A stretch of DNA of 64,000 nt from Paecilomyces variotii. Taxonomy: Eukaryota. The notes under the pieces are model-generated. The model had not been told where the DNA came from. It saw only the letters and a program-made list of their open reading frames with translations, and searched no databases. The DNA lies in NCBI GenBank assembly GCA_004022145.1, contig RCNU01000008.1. The stretch is one strand, 5' to 3'. Made by a program: the position numbers and the translations under genes. Below, piece after piece: positions 62,374 through 64,000 of this stretch (its first letter is position 1; each line of letters opens with the position of its first letter).

Positions 62374-63528
62374 TCTTTTTCAGATGTTATGTTTATTCGG
62401 AATCAATTGAATGCTGCTCGAGTTATCGTGACGGGGGCTGGATTTATATTTTGCTGGATAGGAAAAGACAACAGCTGTGTCCGTGGATTTAAACAATGCT
62501 GAGTATTACAAAACCCAACAATTCCACTTCTCGGAGATAAATTGAGGAGTTCTTGGGGCGCGCTGGGGCTGGAGTATATCCACAACCAATGGATCGCCAT
62601 GGTGATAACACATATCGTCACAACTACGGCAGAGATTGCGTGACTAAATTTTAGTATGCTCCACGCGGGTATATGGACGTTGATATAGCTTATTATTATT
62701 GGAGTCTACTAGTTATACTCTGTACAGTTATAACATGCAGAGATATTGGAAGCAGGCTGAGAAAGGGAAATATCACATGGAATTCTCAATAAAGGAAAGG
62801 TTGCCAACAATAAAAAAAAATCAAACATGAGAATCTATGGTTATTTTGCACACGTCATTCGGATTCGAATTATCCCAAGCTGACAAATCACCAAACGCAA
62901 GAAGTTCCAATTTCTACAGAGTTTCTGTCAACTTCTATATCGATGCCGGATATTAGCGTTTATCTCCGAGGTATCTCCTGGATTGCTGTACATCTATCTA
63001 TATAACGTTAAGTGGTGTAGAGAACAACTCATCGAATCAGTCCCCTCTATCAATTACAACGCCTGTGTCGCCATGCAGGCTTAGGACCGACCGTTGTCAG
63101 AGTGTAAAGTGGCATGATTACTTGACATTTATGTTACAGATTTTCTTCAAGAATTCTGCTGCGTCTGTCTTTATATATCTGCCCTAAGCGTAATTTTTAA
63201 AATTCAACAGATGCCGGTTTCCTTGTAAACGTGTATAGGAATAGCGCTTCAACGGTGTAGAGCCTGCGCGTCCCAGATTAGAAATAACCTTTATATCGTC
63301 CATGGAACTCAATAATATTCGCCGCCATTACTGATGCTCGACTTCATAGAGGACACGAACAACTTTTCTTGTCCGTTGCAAACGGTCGTTACTATATGAC
63401 CCTTTCCACGACTATCAACACGCTCGAACTAAGTGAGTTGTTTACATCAAATTGATTGTCCCATCTTTTGAATCATCCAGTCTTGGGGTCTCCAAGGTTA
63501 TTGCCGCAGTGAATCTAACGTCATAACT

Positions 63529-63843
63529 ATGGACGACAAATCAGGAGAAATGGCTGCTGCTACCAGCAACAACGCTCCTGACAACTCAGATGATGAGATA
63601 TCTGAACAAGAGATCAGACGATTCCAGGATATTTCCCACTTGTCATATCCCGAAGCGAAAAGCATTCTCATACGTCACCGCGCGAATGCGTCGCGCAAAA
63701 GGATCTCTGATGCTCATTGGGAGCGAGTGAAAGCCCAAAAGGAAGCTGAGGGGTTCGATAGAGAAACATACGAGTATGCCAGTCAAGCTGGGTTGATATA
63801 CCGTCAAGATGATCGTGATTCTCGTGACACCGACACAGGTTAG
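63529..63843 (+). CDS. Hypothetical protein, probably the first exon of a gene continuing past the window
   Basis: 104-aa charged ORF ending at an AG|GTTAGT donor-like site (~63839). Confidence 0.5.
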   Translation: MDDKSGEMAAATSNNAPDNSDDEISEQEIRRFQDISHLSYPEAKSILIRHRANASRKRISDAHWERVKAQKEAEGFDRETYEYASQAGLIYRQDDRDSRDTDTG

Positions 63844-64000
63844 TCACATAATTGCGGCCTTCGGATGAAGTACTTTGTAAATCTAGAAAGGCCGCTCTTG
63901 ATTCTCCCCAGGCCATTCCAAAACTTGGCTGCGACTCTGCAGATACTAGCTACTGGTGTCTCGGATCGCGAGTGCACTTTCTTTTGTCTTACTGCTGCTG

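Noticed and set aside
1-64000. tRNA, rRNA or CRISPR arrays
   Set aside because: No cloverleaf, rRNA-like block or spaced repeat array seen by eye; tRNAscan-SE would be needed to exclude intron-containing tRNAs

Overview
Eukaryotic, intron-containing DNA from a filamentous ascomycete; the gene content and splice signals look Eurotiales-like. The left end holds part of the biotin cluster (bioDA 5' end and divergent bioF). Next is an 8-kb AT-rich island: a RIP-degraded Fot1/Pogo-type DNA transposon (TIRs, TA target sites) carrying a nested full-length Ty3/Gypsy LTR element (255-bp LTRs, AAGAC TSD). The rest is gene-dense: a P450, prpD, a RID/DmtA cytosine methyltransferase, ade4, an HhH-GPD glycosylase, an MSC7-like ALDH, a 71-aa spliced microprotein missing from the ORF track, two F-box-like paralogs flanking a secreted repeat protein, atp7, egd2, rpl14, a four-gene MFS/Zn2Cys6/MFS/amidohydrolase cluster, yif1, srp101, an FAD monooxygenase and an aldo-keto reductase. 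Three intronic box C/D snoRNAs can be read from the raw sequence. One snR58-like guide sits in the ade4 5'UTR intron. Two more lie in a non-coding spliced host gene divergent from rpl14: one snR87/U16-like, and one whose two guides match the yeast snR65 and snR24 targets. rRNA targets and family assignments come from recalled sequences, not database searches; exon boundaries were read by eye.
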